Assembly (NCBI GenBank): GCA_964106645.2
Contig: OZ067041.1
Length of the DNA: 64,000 nucleotides
Strand: one strand, 5' to 3'
Source: Podarcis pityusensis
Taxonomy: Eukaryota
Both the position numbers and the translations under genes were made by a program. Within the stretch, counting starts at the first letter, position 1. The number at the start of each line of letters is the position of its first letter. The notes under the pieces were generated by a model. That model was not told the DNA's origin, did no database searches, and worked only from the letters and a program-made list of their open reading frames with translations. This document shows positions 48,243-62,545 of this stretch, piece after piece.

Positions 48243-51200
48243 GAAAAAGTGAGAGAGTAGAAACCTCAGAGCCTTGAAGCAGGTTGAGCGCTGCAAAAGA
48301 GTTTCCTAAGAGTTAACAGGAAGTGTGCAAAAACACTACCGCATCTCATTCATTTGAATAGGACTTTTGCAGCAAAATTTCCTGCTGCATTTGCCTCCCC
48401 CACTTCGCCCATACAAAAAACTCTACAGCTCTATTGATGAGCTCTTAACTTTTATAACCAAACTGAACAGAAGGTGGCAATAGAAAATTCTCTTTAAAAT
48501 GTGCTCGAGTAGCACTGCAGTCTGTCATTTCTTTTCATTTTTTTTAGTCTGCATAAAGAGCTGGCATGAAACTCACATATTGCTTCTGTTGCACTGTAAT
48601 TGCTTATATGCAGGTGGCTATATATTATTTTTTTAATCATTGCTCCCTTCCCACCAAATGTTTCGCCATTAGCCTAGCAGTGCAGATGTGTTACTGCCAG
48701 CAATAGCAGAAATTTAATAACTATGCCCAGCATAGGCAATAATATCTTCAGATACCTTTCTATCAGAACCTAAAGTTCTCCAGTGAATATTTTTGGCATG
48801 AAAGTAAAGGCAGACAGTTGCTCAAAAGACTCCTTCTTCAGAATTTTATTTTGGGAGGGGATGTTTGCAGACCTGTTCAGTTCTGGTTTCTGTGCCAAAG
48901 TTTTGTGTTGTTTTAAAATCACTTATATTTTTCAGAGTAGCACTTACATTGTCAAGTAGCTAATCTGAAGTGGCTAGGCTACATGATAATATTCCTGAGG
49001 GGAAATGGAGCTAATTCAGTGTGGACAATGCCTATTCAGGAAGTATTGCCTTCAACTCTACTTAGCTATATGACAATGCCATTGTTACTGGTGAGAAGAA
49101 GAAGAAAAAGGCTGTTTGAAAAGGAAAACGTGGTTGTTAACGGGATGGCAGATATGAGAAGCATAAGTTGTCTGCATATATTTTGGGGTGGAGGTGGACA
49201 GTCTGAAAATGTCCATGCCTTTGCTCAGCAGCACCCCACTGCAAACACACACAAATCCCTCCACTAATCAGCCCCCTGAAAGTCACCAGAAGTGGATGCT
49301 TTTTCGCAAGAGTGGAAAACCTGTACAAAAAGCAGCCACCTCCCCGTTTCACTTTATCCCCATGTAGCAGTGCAAGTGTAGGATATGTTGTTGTGCCTTC
49401 CAGATGTTAGACTCCAACTCCCATCAGCTCACAATGAGCATAGGAATGCTCAGGAATGATGGGGCTTGTAGTCCAACAACATCTGGGAAATGCTCCATTG
49501 GCTGCCCCTGCTGTAGTGTATGGTCCAGTTCCCCAAGGCAGGTTTGCATGCTAAGTTTTGTCAAGGGTGAAGGGGTGTGAATCAGTTTAAAATGTTTGAG
49601 AGTCAATTACTTTCTGGCAAGGGGACTACTGATTGAAGAACCCAAGGTCCAGGAATGGTGAACAGGTGGATCTCCAGATGTTCTTGAACTCCAATTCTCA
49701 TTAGACACAGACAGAATAGCCAGTGGCCAGGGATGATAGGAGTTGGAGCCTGAAAGCATCCAGCGGCCACAAGTTCCCCATCCCTACACAAGGTCAAGTC
49801 TCTGTGGGCATATGGAGTTAGCTTTGTGGTTCTCTGGATCCTAGCCAGCTTGTGAGGCCACCAACCCCACTGATAAACTACTAAAACTAGAGGACCTAGG
49901 CTAATTTGTGGCATATGACAAATTAAAGATCCATGTTGACTCATTCTGAATGTCAGTTTCAGACAAAACCACTTGTTTGGTATGTTTATAGAAAAAGCTG
50001 ACCTTTTTCTAGTTTCCAAGTAGCTGGCAAGTGTTTCGCTTAGAGACAGCCAGCCAGCTTCAAATCCCTGTTGCCTATGAAGCCACTTGGGTGGTTTTGG
50101 GGCAGGTCACTCTTTGTCTGTTTCACTTAACCAAGGAGTTTTATGACGCTCCTTGGAGCTCCTTGGCAGAATATTTTGCAATAAATCATATCATGAAAAC
50201 AACAGAATTTCAGAAAAACCATGTTAGGGCTTTCCTTTCAGAAGCTCAAAGGTTGAGGGGTGAGCCAATTTTCTGATTAATGTCAGAGGTTGCAAAGGAA
50301 CTGTTTTTGCCAAAAATGCTGTTAAGAGAGGGGAGAAAAACAAAACAGGTAGAGACTGAAACTTATAGTGGGTCTGATTTGCAGCTTCCAAGCCCTGCAA
50401 TGCAGCAGTGACAGAACTTCTGCATAGTCGGGGAGAAAATGCTGTTTAATGAAACCACACATCTCTCTATCTCAAGGAAGCTTCCTACCGGGGTGAATAA
50501 CATCTTCATGGGAAGAGGGAATCCTCATAGGATTGTGGCATTAAAGTAGGATCAAACCCTGTGCACTGCAATCTCAGTCCTGATTCCCACCACCCCTATT
50601 GCAATCTTTTTAGATTTGCAATTTACATCACCTGTAGGTTGGTCCTCAGGGCAGTCCTCAAAGTTACAACTATATTTGTAGTTTGTTCTCACCAACAAAG
50701 CCAACATTCAAGGCTCCTCATTCTGAGGACTCCACAAAAGAACTGTCTAATACCTGCACCACTTTTATTTCATTTTCCTGAGTTTCACACCAACTTTGGG
50801 TTGCCATTCATCTGAATTCTGCATTTACAAAGACTCTCATTTAAGTCATTTCTATCTCACCTCTCAGCCCAATTTAGATTTAAAATTGGTTTCCTTGATC
50901 AACGGCATAGGAGCATACTTTTGTATTTTGCCACCACACCCTGTGGATGCATATGTATCCCTGAATATCAGCTAAAATTAGTCTCCTAATAAAACCACAA
51001 CATCAATGAAATGAAATGGAGTAGAGGATGGCATGACAGAGAAAACAACCCTTCAAATTGAAACGTTATTCACCCAGCAAGGCAAAAGAATCTTGGAATA
51101 GAAAGGTCTTCATGAGCTGGTGGAAGACAGTAATTAGTGGGTGCTGGGAGCATCCAAACCTCCTGCAACAAAGGGTTTCACAAACTTGTGCAGCCAAAGA

Positions 51201-51371
51201 GAAGGCTTTCTCTCCAGTCATCATAGATCATGTTTCCACCATAAGAGATATACAGACAAGTGCCTCTGCATCACAGTTTAGGCAGTTTAAAGACGGCTTA
51301 AACGTTTCAGCCTCTCCAAAGACATGTAGCCAATATTTAGGCAATTTTCAATGCTTCCAAATGGGTGGTGG

Positions 51372-51374
<3 letters not shown>

Positions 51375-51407
<33 letters not shown>
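51375..51407. repeat. (TG)n microsatellite
   Basis: Directly visible. Confidence 0.95.
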
Positions 51408-51409
<2 letters not shown>

Positions 51410-53120
51410 TTTGCAGTATGTGCACAGAATTGTTGGCCCACAGTTTCCCCCTATTTAATCCAGATTTACTCTCTCTGGGAAACCAACCACCTGTAACCAA
51501 TGACCCATTTGTGATATCTCAGTGAGCCATTTTCAGTATTAAGGCCCCATCTGGAAGTAGCCTTTTATGATAAATCAGGTTATTTTTCTTTTCCTTGCAG
51601 CTTTTATGAGCTTTGGTTCCTCTGCAATGTTATTACACTTAAGAGGAAATCTTCCAAGTGCAAGTTAGAAATCACTGCAGTATATTTGAACTGTAAAAGA
51701 AAAAAATTGGCTTAACTTACAAAGCTATTAAGTTAATTGACATACTGGGCCAAACATAGATGAATTTAGCCCAATCCTTGGGGAGGTGTCACTTTTTGCA
51801 AAATAATGGGTGCCTTCAAACCTGATAGGGAGTTAATAGCAGGTACTTAAGGTTTTGGCAGGGCCTTTTTTGCTTAGCAAGAGATTTTTCTGACACTGTG
51901 GCACCAGCCCAGGAACCGTGCTTCCCAGATTTGAGTGGCATAGGTTTTCAGGCAACTAAAGCACAAAAAACAAATTAATATAAATGTGACTTGGGTACGT
52001 TTGACTGCAGAATTGCTTGGCATACATTTTAAAATGAAAGGTGTAGACATCTGAGGATAGATAGAGCTGCTTTTATAATTATAAGTTGGTGTATGCATTG
52101 TAGCTTGTGAGATTTTATTTTTTGCGTTGCTCTTGTTTAAATAAATGATGGAAATAAAAGAATAATTGCTAAGGTTTAAAAGTGAAATGGGATTTATTTA
52201 TTCCTAAACAGTGCAATTACATTGATGATGGAGATGTTCGCAATTGTTCTAGAAACGCCTGTCACATCAGTGGAATTTGCAGTAACAAAATGTCTTGGCA
52301 ATATAACAGGGATAACTTTTGCTACATTCACACACCATAGGTTGCGTCTAATGAAGTTGTCCTGGCAACTCAAGGACTTCAGACTACACACAATGAAACT
52401 TCCTCTTCCTCTCTTCTCCCTGCCCCACCTATCTATTTGGGGTTTTTCCCCAGTCCCTGCATCCGATTGAAGGAATTGCAGGGAGAATAGAGGAAGAGGA
52501 TGGCTCATGCACAGGTTGAAATCCTTGTGCAAATGGGATTACCTAAGTGAATATACAAGCCCATGTTTTGCTGGTTAAATTCAAAGCGAAATTTGAGCTC
52601 AGAGGGCACCACCCTCATATGATAATGTGATCTGTAGAATCAACAAATGTTGAATCATCTGCCCACCATCTAGGCAGCATCTAGGCTCCATTTTGGAGCT
52701 CTACCCCTGAGCTACAGTATTTCCCTCACCTAAAACAGTAGAGTATCTTTCTCCATGGAAGCTATCCCATTTGAGCTTAGATCCTCTTTGTTATGTGGGA
52801 GAGGGTGTCAGGTTATTGGAATGTATCTTCATATATCGTGGGGATGTCATGCAGTTCTGGAGACATTTTTAATTAAATTAGTGCTATTTCAAGACAGGCT
52901 ATACAACCCTCTCCACAATGAGCTTTAAAAAAATTATTTCTAGGGCAGGATGGAGATCTGAAAAGTAGGAAACTGATAAGCCCATTGTTATCAGTAGCCA
53001 GAGTGTTGGTGGCACACACCTGGCATGATTTCTGTGGAGTCACTTTCCAAAAGTTCAGTGAGGTATCTTTACTTGAGAAATTAGGACATAAGTTTAATGT
53101 GATTCAATTTTGGCAGTGTG

Positions 53121-53380
53121 CAGAGGCAGATTTAGGGAAGTGCAACAGGTTCCCCCACACAGGGTGCCAAGCCAGGCGGGCGCCTTCCTGCCTCCTTCCC
53201 ATAACCTACTAAGTGCTTGCTTTCAGTAGGAGGTGTGAGGGCTCTGACAGGGTCCTAGAGCCCTCCCATCTCCTTCCCAAAGCCTAGTTAGTACTTACCC
53301 AGCTTGGTGTGACGGCTGGCGGGTGTGTGTGTCAAACTTTGGCCTTGCACAGGACACCATATTACCAAGGTCCACCCCTG
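53121..53380. mobile_element. Old hAT-like non-autonomous element
   Basis: cagaggcagattt...ggtccacccctg imperfect TIRs; TSD degenerate. Confidence 0.5.
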
Positions 53381-53634
53381 TAGTGTGGCATGATTTTATT
53401 GTTTTTACAAACATGGGGTGGCTTTCCCTGATGTGTTTCTTCACTGTGGGTGAGAGAAGGGAAAGGGTAGGAAATACACCAGTTTACTATAACAGTTCAC
53501 AACCATTTCTCTGTAATTGCTCTAATACTTTTTTCCCTGGGATTATTTATTCTTTGTGACTCATATTGGCTCAGATGTTGATGATGATTTAGTGATTTTA
53601 TATTTCAGATTTTTTGTTTTGTTCTGACTGTAAA

Positions 53635-53661
53635 ATTATTATTATTATTATTATTATTATT
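53635..53661. repeat. (ATT)n microsatellite
   Basis: Directly visible. Confidence 0.95.
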
Positions 53662-53751
53662 TAAAAAATGTATATGGGAACATCTGTATTACTTTTGGAT
53701 TGCAACACACAGTTTGGAAAGTGATAATCTGTGCTTCCAGGGACTGCTGTA

Positions 53752-54002
53752 CAATTGTACCTTGGTTGTTGAATGCCTTGCGACTCAAACGTTTTGGCTC
53801 CCGAACACCGCAAACCCAGAAGTGAGTGTTCCTGTTTGCAAATGTTCTTTGGAATCTGAACGTCCGACGCAGCTTCTGTGGCTTCCAATTGAGTGCAGGA
53901 AGCTCCTGCAGCCAATCGGAAGCCACACCTTGGTTTTTTAATGTTTTCAGAAGTTGAACGGACTTCTGGAACAGCTTCTGTTTGAAAACCAAGGTACCAC
54001 TG
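53752..54002. mobile_element. Tigger-like MITE
   Basis: TA|caattgtaccttggtt...aaccaaggtaccactg|TA; same family as 11087 and 38205. Confidence 0.85.
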
Positions 54003-57000
54003 TAATTGGAATTGCTTTGGGCGTCAGTGCTGGATGTTGTGAATGTGATCTAGAAACCTATGTACACAAAATGTTACCCTTTCCTCTATGAGCATTTTCT
54101 CAAGAACAAAATGAGGCCTTGAAATTAGACAACATTAAGCCATCTAAATCACATCATGAAACTTTAGTGACAGCTTCCTAACTACAAGATAGTCCTGCAA
54201 CAAATAGAAGTCCTCTGGGATAGTTTTGGAAGCTCCTTCCTTTGATGTTTCACAAAAAGCTTAGACAAGCATCTGGTGGCGATGTTCCTAGAACAGATTA
54301 TTGCTACACATCCTCTCCATATTCACCAATGAATTGTGCTTCCTGAATGGACATTTCATTATTTAAGATATTTATATATGACCTTTCTGTCTTGCTTCCA
54401 AGATGAACTAGGCACATAACATCACGAGCATGTTAAAACAATCACATATCGTTCCTAGTTACGGGGAAGATTTGCTCCTAAAGTGGATGCAGCAGACATC
54501 CGTTCCTGAGGAGGAAATTCACTCACTTTGGATTTTAATGGTACCCTTACATTTCCATGATGACAGAGCTCACAATTCCTGTGTTTTCACACTTCATTAA
54601 CATTTGAAGCCACACTTAGGCCTCACCTACTCAGAAGAAAGGAAAGCTGTGTGAACCATTGTGTTGCAGTTGGGTGTAATGTTTTTGATTCAATTATTTA
54701 GATACTGTAACACATATCTACATTGAGTCCTTGTTCCCTACACTCCTTTATACACATCATTTCCTGTTTCCAGGATGTTCAGTTACTTGATGTAATGCTG
54801 GGCATTTTGCTAGCCACCCAGTTAGACTAGGTGTTCAATGAATTCTGAGAAACCTGGAAGCCATCATGTATGCCCTTTGTTACATAAACAAGACATCATT
54901 TGCAGACATACCTAACAAAGGTATCTCTGGTATTTCTATACAACCTGGTATTTTGTCTTCTCACAAAAATAATGGATGGTGATTAGGGCAGGGTTTTTTC
55001 TTCTTTGACTTTCAGACACCCAACAGGCAGCTGTTCCAGCAAAATCTTGAAAGCAGCTGTCTCCAGATTTAACAAGCTGAGTAGGAAGCACACTTGTGGC
55101 ACTGGAACACTGCCATTTCATTCTTTTGTGCCTGCAATCATGCCATCCTCACTATAAAAACAAACAAACAAAACACCCTCCCAAATAAATCTGCATTGTT
55201 TGCTAATTCAGATTTACAGCCTCTCCATAGCTTAATGGGAGTAACCACATTCCTTAACTTGGTTATCTTTGCAATATCTAGGAGTGCAAAATTGGGGTGC
55301 TGTCAATTTCTAGAGGAATGCATGTTGCCTGTTTTGTTGAATCCAGTGAATTGATTGTTCCTTGATGAGCCTACATGTTACTAAGTGCAAAACTGTTGCT
55401 TAGTTGGTTTTTTAGTTTTATTTACAAAATTTATATACCACACCATCAACTGTCCTCTGGGCAGTTAACCTCAGGCTAGGTTGGCAGGGTTGTGGGGAGG
55501 AGGGCGCTCAGGTCAAATGCCCTCTAGGCCTACTTGAACTCTCCATAGGACACAACCTACACTATTGCTGCTTTGCGGGCTGTAATTTGTCTTTGAACTC
55601 TGATAATGCACCTTACTTGTCTGGGTGAGGGACAGAGACTGGTGCATGAATATGTTTAGAAACTAGTTTACTGTACAAAAAGGTAAAATTTACCTTTTAT
55701 TCTGCCCCCACCCACCCCTAGCATGTGGCCCTCAGAAGATTCTGCAGAAGTGAATGTGCGTTCACCCTACATGTTGCTTGAATGCCGAGATAGAACTAGT
55801 GAGTGGAGTTCATGGTTCAGGGCAGATGTGAACTGACGTCTCCTCAATCCTAATCTGACACGCGCATCACTGCAGCACACTGACCCTGTTATGCCTAAAG
55901 CCAAAATAGGAGACACAGATTAAACACATCTCCTAGTTGGTTGGTTCTGCTGTGAGGCAAGGGTAGAGTATGTCACTATTTTAAAAATAGGTGTAACATT
56001 TTGGCACATTATGCTAAAATGAGTTCAGTTGGACAAGACAGGTCTCGCTGTGGAAAACATTTGGCTAGGTACAGAAGCAAACAAATCCCAGCCAGAGATA
56101 TCTGGCAGGTTTTTTTTAACTTAAAATCTCTAAACAGCTTGAACTGTTTCATCAACAAAATCCTTTGTATCTTGTAGTTTGTGGCGTATTACTAGCCAGC
56201 TGACTCTAAAAAGACACTGCTGGGCATCTTAGCTATAGCACACAAATTACTGTGGTTTTATTAAGCCTGTATTTCCTTACTCATTTGCTCCTGCCCTTTC
56301 AGGGAGTCTGCCTGCCAGTCTTCTCCCCGCAGTGTCCCTTTTCCTTTTCATGCATTGTTATCTTTATAGAGAGGATGAGACTCTGTACAAAATCCACTTT
56401 AAAGGTCTGCCTTATTCTGGCTTACCTCTGAGGGGATCTTAGAACTGGCAGCAATTTACCAAAGCATTGTGGGGGGAGGGAAGAAAATCAATTTTAATTA
56501 GTATTTTTGGCTTTAATGAAAAGTGATTACAGAATTGGCATTTTAGCTAATACTGTGGAGATTTATGGCAGGGTGATGCTAATTAATTTTCTGTTGAATT
56601 GCTGTCGGCCATGAATAACTGCCATAAAATGGCAGTTTTGCTGATATCAGGACTATATCAGCACTTCAGAGCTTCTGGAGCTAAATAGGTTGCAGGTATA
56701 CTTTGCATTACTTCTCATAAATGGCACATTTCTTTATAAAAATGTTCTGGAGAACCCAAACCTTTTGCATTTTTTATAATTAGGGAAATACCTTTCCATA
56801 TAATTTGTTGCCAGAATATATACAGTACATTCCTTTCTTTACAAAAAAGAGCATTCTCTCAGCAGGATCAGGGCAGGTTCTATAGATTTATAGAATCATC
56901 GTCCCCTGTTGCTTTTGTGCTTCCTGACTGAATTTATGCAGCATTTATTTATAGTTGGGTTTGTTTGTTTTTTACAAGATGCATACAATGAGATATGTCA

Positions 57001-57136
57001 CTTGGATTTACGTTGTTCTAAATTAAGAAACTTTTCAGGAAAGGAACCTTTCTTTATGCCTGTTGCTGCAGGCATTTGTAGAACAACGTTTTGGCAGGAG
57101 ATGCAAGGTGCAGATTGCAAGGCAAACAGACAGCCC

Positions 57137-57276
57137 CATAGAATCATAGAGTTGGAAAAAACAAGGGTCATTTAGTCCAACCCTCTGCAATGCAGGAATC
57201 TTTTGCCCAATGTGGGGCTCAAACCCATAACTATGAGATCAAGAGTCTCATGATCTACTGACTGAGCTATACCAGC
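57137..57276 (-). mobile_element. tRNA-Lys-derived SINE with CR1-type tail
   Basis: 57206..57270 is the reverse complement of a mutated tRNA-Lys(CTT); joined to the CR1 3' end (catagaatcatagagttgg). Confidence 0.8.
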
Positions 57277-60200
57277 AGAAATCAGTCAAGGTTTGCTTTT
57301 TAAAAGGAGGGATATTGTGTTGGTTTCAGAGCAGCCAAATAAAAGGGAGATCAACAGTCTGGCATCTGTACTCAATCCTGGAATCCATGCAGTCTAGCTA
57401 GATGAAAGTACCCCTGGTCAGGTGCCAAGTATATTTTCCCACCACTGAATACTACAAGGAGTTCCCACACATCAGAAATCAGGGAGAAGGAGTTCCTGAT
57501 CAGATGGCAACATTTATCAAACAGACTTGGATCCCAGCACCTCATTTCTCCCTTAGAAATTAAGCATGGGGCAGTGGTGGTAAGAAGCAACTTCCTTATG
57601 GAACAAGGGAAGCCTGTCAGACTAGCTCATTTGGAAGTTTTCAGGTGCTGACAAGAGATAAACCGTTATTATTTAACCAGAGTTTGGGACCTGAGGTAAT
57701 CTGCTGTGGTGTGGTTTTGGTTTCTCTCCACCGGTTGTATGATTTTTGGTTCTTGTTTTGAACTGTCAAGTGTGTTTATCTTGTATTATCTGTGTAATCT
57801 GGAAAGATGCCTTTTTTGAGGGTAAAGAAAGGAGTACAATGGAATGAAGGAAGGACTGAAGGAACTGTTATTTAAACAGGAGTTCAAACCACAGCTACCC
57901 ACCTTTGTGCTAGGACAAACTAGTCTGCTGAAATCTTGAGATTGGGCAGCTTTTGAAAATTCAAAGGTCGTGGATGAATGACAACTCCTTAGCTCCTACT
58001 CAAGGTACATGACTTGCATGGGAAAGTGAAACCAAGAAAAGCAGGGTTATTTTAGCACTTGCCACCCACTTCTCACATCTTACGTTTACTTTGCTAACAT
58101 GGATGTTAGTATGATAGTAGGGAATTGTTAAGTGGTTTCACTCATGCGGATGAGAATTAGATGCAATTTTGAGGGTTTTCTGGGAATTAATGACACACCT
58201 ACTTTTACTTTGGTTAAGCGCCAACAGCCTAGAATGTCGTTTGTTTTGACTGAATTTTCTCCTTCAATGATGCACAACTTCGATTTTCCCCACTGCGCGG
58301 AAATTGGATATACAACAGCCGCAACTAATACACTTGTGGGAAACTGAGGAGGAGTTTATGAGGCTATGAACTTTGGATGACACTATGCTCTAGCCAAAAG
58401 TTGGCACAACTGGCTTACGGCAATTTTATCCTTTGTGCAAATGTTAGCCTAATGACGTACTTGAGGTCAGTGACACATGTGGGCAAAGTATTTTTCTGAA
58501 ACTTCATGGGCTGAATCCAGTTGTGATCTTGCAGATGCCTCCACTAATGGGAGGGCGGGAATCCATTTCCCCTTTCCCCTCCAGCCCTTGAAAGTCTGCT
58601 TCAGATGATTGGGGGATCCTCTAGACTATCACAGAAGCCTGGAAGATGGTGTGGGTGGTTTTAAGGGAGAATCCATGGAAATCATTTCACTTCTCCCTCC
58701 CATTGACATCCAAAACACAATTGTATTCAAACCCTGCTCGTCTTTACTATTCTCTTCCTGCACATTCCTCCTGACAGCTTGCACCACTACTAGACAGTCA
58801 GTTTAATATTCTTCTCATTTTGAAAAGAAATATCATACACTTCTCAGGTGCTTTAAAGTGCAGCAATAATAGCTTCCAGAATTTTCATATATCAAAGGGG
58901 CCACAAGCTCATTCACCCAAGCACCAATCATCAGACAAGATGAGGAAGAAGACTGAAGTCAAGAATTGACAATGAAAAGTGACAGTAAGGTCTTGTGGCA
59001 GCAGAGGAAGAACCCAACCAGTGTTACTTGTATTATACAGAGTAACAGAAAGTGAGAATAGGACTGTTTGTGGAAAGCTTTCTGATCAAGATGGGCCTTG
59101 AGGGACTTCAAGGGCAAGAAGGAAATGTCTTGAGTTCCAGATATATGGAGAATCACAGCAGAAAACACCCAGCTGGGGAATGGAAATTGGGGGCAAAGCA
59201 GACTGATGGGCAATAGCTAGTTTTCTGTGGTGTAGAAGGAAGGAGAAGGAGTGACAACGGTGGAGAAATAGTCAACTCAGCCACAAACAGAGTCAAATTT
59301 CATTTTTCTTTGTGGCTTGGTTGAATGGTTCAAAAGATCATAGGTCTGTGCACGCATAGCATTTCATCAGACTGAATAGCAGGGGAAATTTAGTAGGATG
59401 GTGTGCCTTGTCAGCATATCCGAGAGACTGTTTAGTGGACATAAAATAATCCTTTATGTGTGTAGTCCTGCTGGATGAAACTAAAGGGTCATCTTTTTCA
59501 GCATTCTGTCCCCACAGTGGCCAGCCAGGTGCCTGTGGGAAGCTCACAAACAGAATTTTACTTACTTCTCATATTCTATAGAAGATATGCCTCCTCTGAG
59601 AGTGGAAATAATATATAGCCATCTTGATGATTTATTTTATTTAGGAATGTTTTAAACTGAATCTATATCTATATATCATCTATATCTATATCTATATCTA
59701 TTATCTATTTCCAAAACAGTATACAACCATAAAATATGCAATAAAACAATATAAAACCATTATATAAAAATTCACAGCAATGCAATACCCATTGGGGGTA
59801 GTAGGATTTGTAGTCAGTAATAACAGTTAGGAAATAACCATGCACCATTCCATTTCTCTTTATACCGTATGAAGGTCCTTCAGGATTAATCAAACACTCA
59901 TTTCCTATTATGGCATAATTTCGATTGTAAGCAAGCATCTTCCTCTGGAGGAAGCATTTATTACAATAGTACGCTGAGTGGTTCTTTGGCAGCCCAGTTC
60001 TCCGAGGTTTCCTATTGGGCTCTTCCTGTTTCCCACAGCAGCCATTACAAGTCTGTCCAGCTCTTGCTTCTCCAGTGAGAATCTCAAATGCAAGGCCCTC
60101 AAAGATGCCTACTGGCACATAAAATCAGGGATGCAATCCAGTGGACAGTTTATAAGCACATTAAATTTCCTTTAAACCTTGAGCACAAGAATTAAAATGT

Positions 60201-62545
60201 TTACCTTAAAATATTTATTTTGCTTTCTGGTTTATTTTGAGCCAGTACAGAATGTAAAGTTAATCAATCATAATGGAGTCAGCTTCTTGTTCCATGGCAC
60301 CATTGTGCTCAGCAAACAACCCTTAGGAATAAGTGAATTGCTCCAAACCTTTCATAGCAATTGCTATGTGTGTTCCAAGATGACTCTTGGACTCTTGGAT
60401 GTGTGTTCCAAGATCCTTACTACATCATCTGGCATATCTTTCACTCAGGAATAACTACCATTGCTGCTCATGTCTGTGGAAATTTGGAAGAAACTTTTAG
60501 AACTACCTTCCACATAGTATAAGTCTGTCAAGACCATATAATAATTCTATTGTTCTCATACATTTATGAACATACTGAATTTGCCAGAAATCTCCATTCA
60601 CCAAGAGCTGTGAATCCTCTAGATTTCCTCTTTGTTCAAGCAGCACCGTGTAGCCTACAGACAAACTAAATGGATGTCAGGTTTTCAGGAAATATTGCAG
60701 ATGTATGTTAGCATAAAAGCTTGATATATTTCAGCAGGAAGAGATTTTCCAAATATTGCAATTCAGATCTTTAAAATCCTATTAAGGAGGCATGCGAGAA
60801 ATATAAGATAAGGCAAATATAAGTCTTTAGTTACTCAGTCAATTTTGAAATGACGACGGTGGGGATTTTCTCCATCCAGAAATCAGATTAGGAAGGCCAT
60901 AAAATAAAGAATTAGGAAGGGAGAAGATAACGTATGAAAAGGTTATTAAAAGATTATAAAGACTGATAATAATAACACCAGGGCTACTCTAGGTAGATCA
61001 CTAAGTTCAAAGGAAAACTGAAAGCAGCAATAAATTAACTTGCAAAACAGATTTCCCAGGAGCCAGAATGTGTCTTCGGGGGAAAAAGTAATAACATACA
61101 AAGTATCACCAAACAGTTATGCATCAAATATGCTTTGCACTAATGTCTTAGAGTTTTCCAAATGTTTGGCAGTCTTCAAAAATAAAATGCCCACCTCGGT
61201 ATAACTGTAAAGCTAGCTGGTAAGAACGTGTAATATTATTAACCATATGTTTTTCTTGCAGTTTTGAAAGTAATTTCCACAGCTACTGACAAGTAAAGAT
61301 CTATAATTGCAGAGGTGTGTAAAAAAATAAAATAACAGCTCATGCATATAGATGTTAAATTAAAGAAGGCAAGTCACAAAATAAGAAGGCAAACCCAAGG
61401 AACATTAGAAATCACTCTTAGAAGTAAAGCTGATGGAAAATGGGCTTCACACAGTGCATAGTTATGTAATTCGCTCCCACAATGAAGAGTGATGGCCACC
61501 AACTCAGATGGCTTTAGAAGAGGATTAGACAAATTCCTGGAGGGGACTTCCGGGGGCGGCGCGAACGGCAATGGCGGTCCTCTTCTGAACGGGAGAGGAG
61601 GCTCCGCAGGCAACGGGTCGTCCGCTACGGCGAAGCGGAGACCCACTCTGGAAAACCCCAGGCGGCAAGAGCCTGGGGTCTTGAGGCTCGGTGGGCGCCT
61701 AGAGCGACCCTCCAAGTGCAGAAGGAACCCCGTAAGGGGCTCCGGAGCACGGAGGGGGGTTGCGGCGCTGTGAGCTGTTTCACAGCCTGAGGAGCGAAGA
61801 CGCGCTGCTACTGTCGGTGAGCGCTGATCCCTTTTCCTGCTAAATTACGGATCCGGACGAAAAAGCAACTAACTTGTGAGTAAAAGACTGAATCACTTGA
61901 ATTTGAGACTTTAAAAGGGAAACTTAAATTGGCTTGAACTTGGCTGAGAGCGGAGAGACGTGGAAGCAGGAAGTCCGTCTTCCGCAGCCATTGAACTTGA
62001 AAAAAAAGCAATCAGCTGGAGGAGTGGAGGCTGAAAGAAAGAGACTCTAAGTTTTACAGATCCAAGCATCTATTGAACTTGCATCTTAAAGTAAAGACTT
62101 TAAGTTAAAGATTTGGGATTTTTACTTGCACTTGACTTTCCTCCTCTTATTGGATTACAAATTAGAAGGTGAAACCCAGAGTCAGGAGCTGCCTGAGTAC
62201 TAAGGGAGCTGTCAGCACTGCAGATTTGGATACTGTATATTGGAACTTGAAACAATCTGAGGGTATTGAGACCTTTTAAATTTGAAACATTCTTTTTGGA
62301 GATAAATAAGCACTGTCTGCAACAAAGTGACCATTTATAAACTCTGCTAAACATTTGTATTTGAAGGTTCTTGGACATTAAATTAGACTCTGAAAGACAG
62401 ATTAAGCTCCCTCTAGAGGATTGGATTATAACAGTGATTTTACATGCACTTTTTACTTTTGATTCCCTTGCTGTTTGCTTGCTCTGGGCCTTTCCATTCC
62501 CATGGGAACAACTCAGTGTGACCTTGACTGACAGATAACGTTGGA

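Noticed and set aside
57206-57276. tRNA-Lys gene
   Set aside because: Multiple stem and B-box mutations, and fused to a CR1 tail, so it is a SINE.
59705-60118. 137-aa cysteine-rich minus ORF
   Set aside because: GTG start just after an in-frame stop, ends in low-complexity TE-like tail, no recognisable domain.
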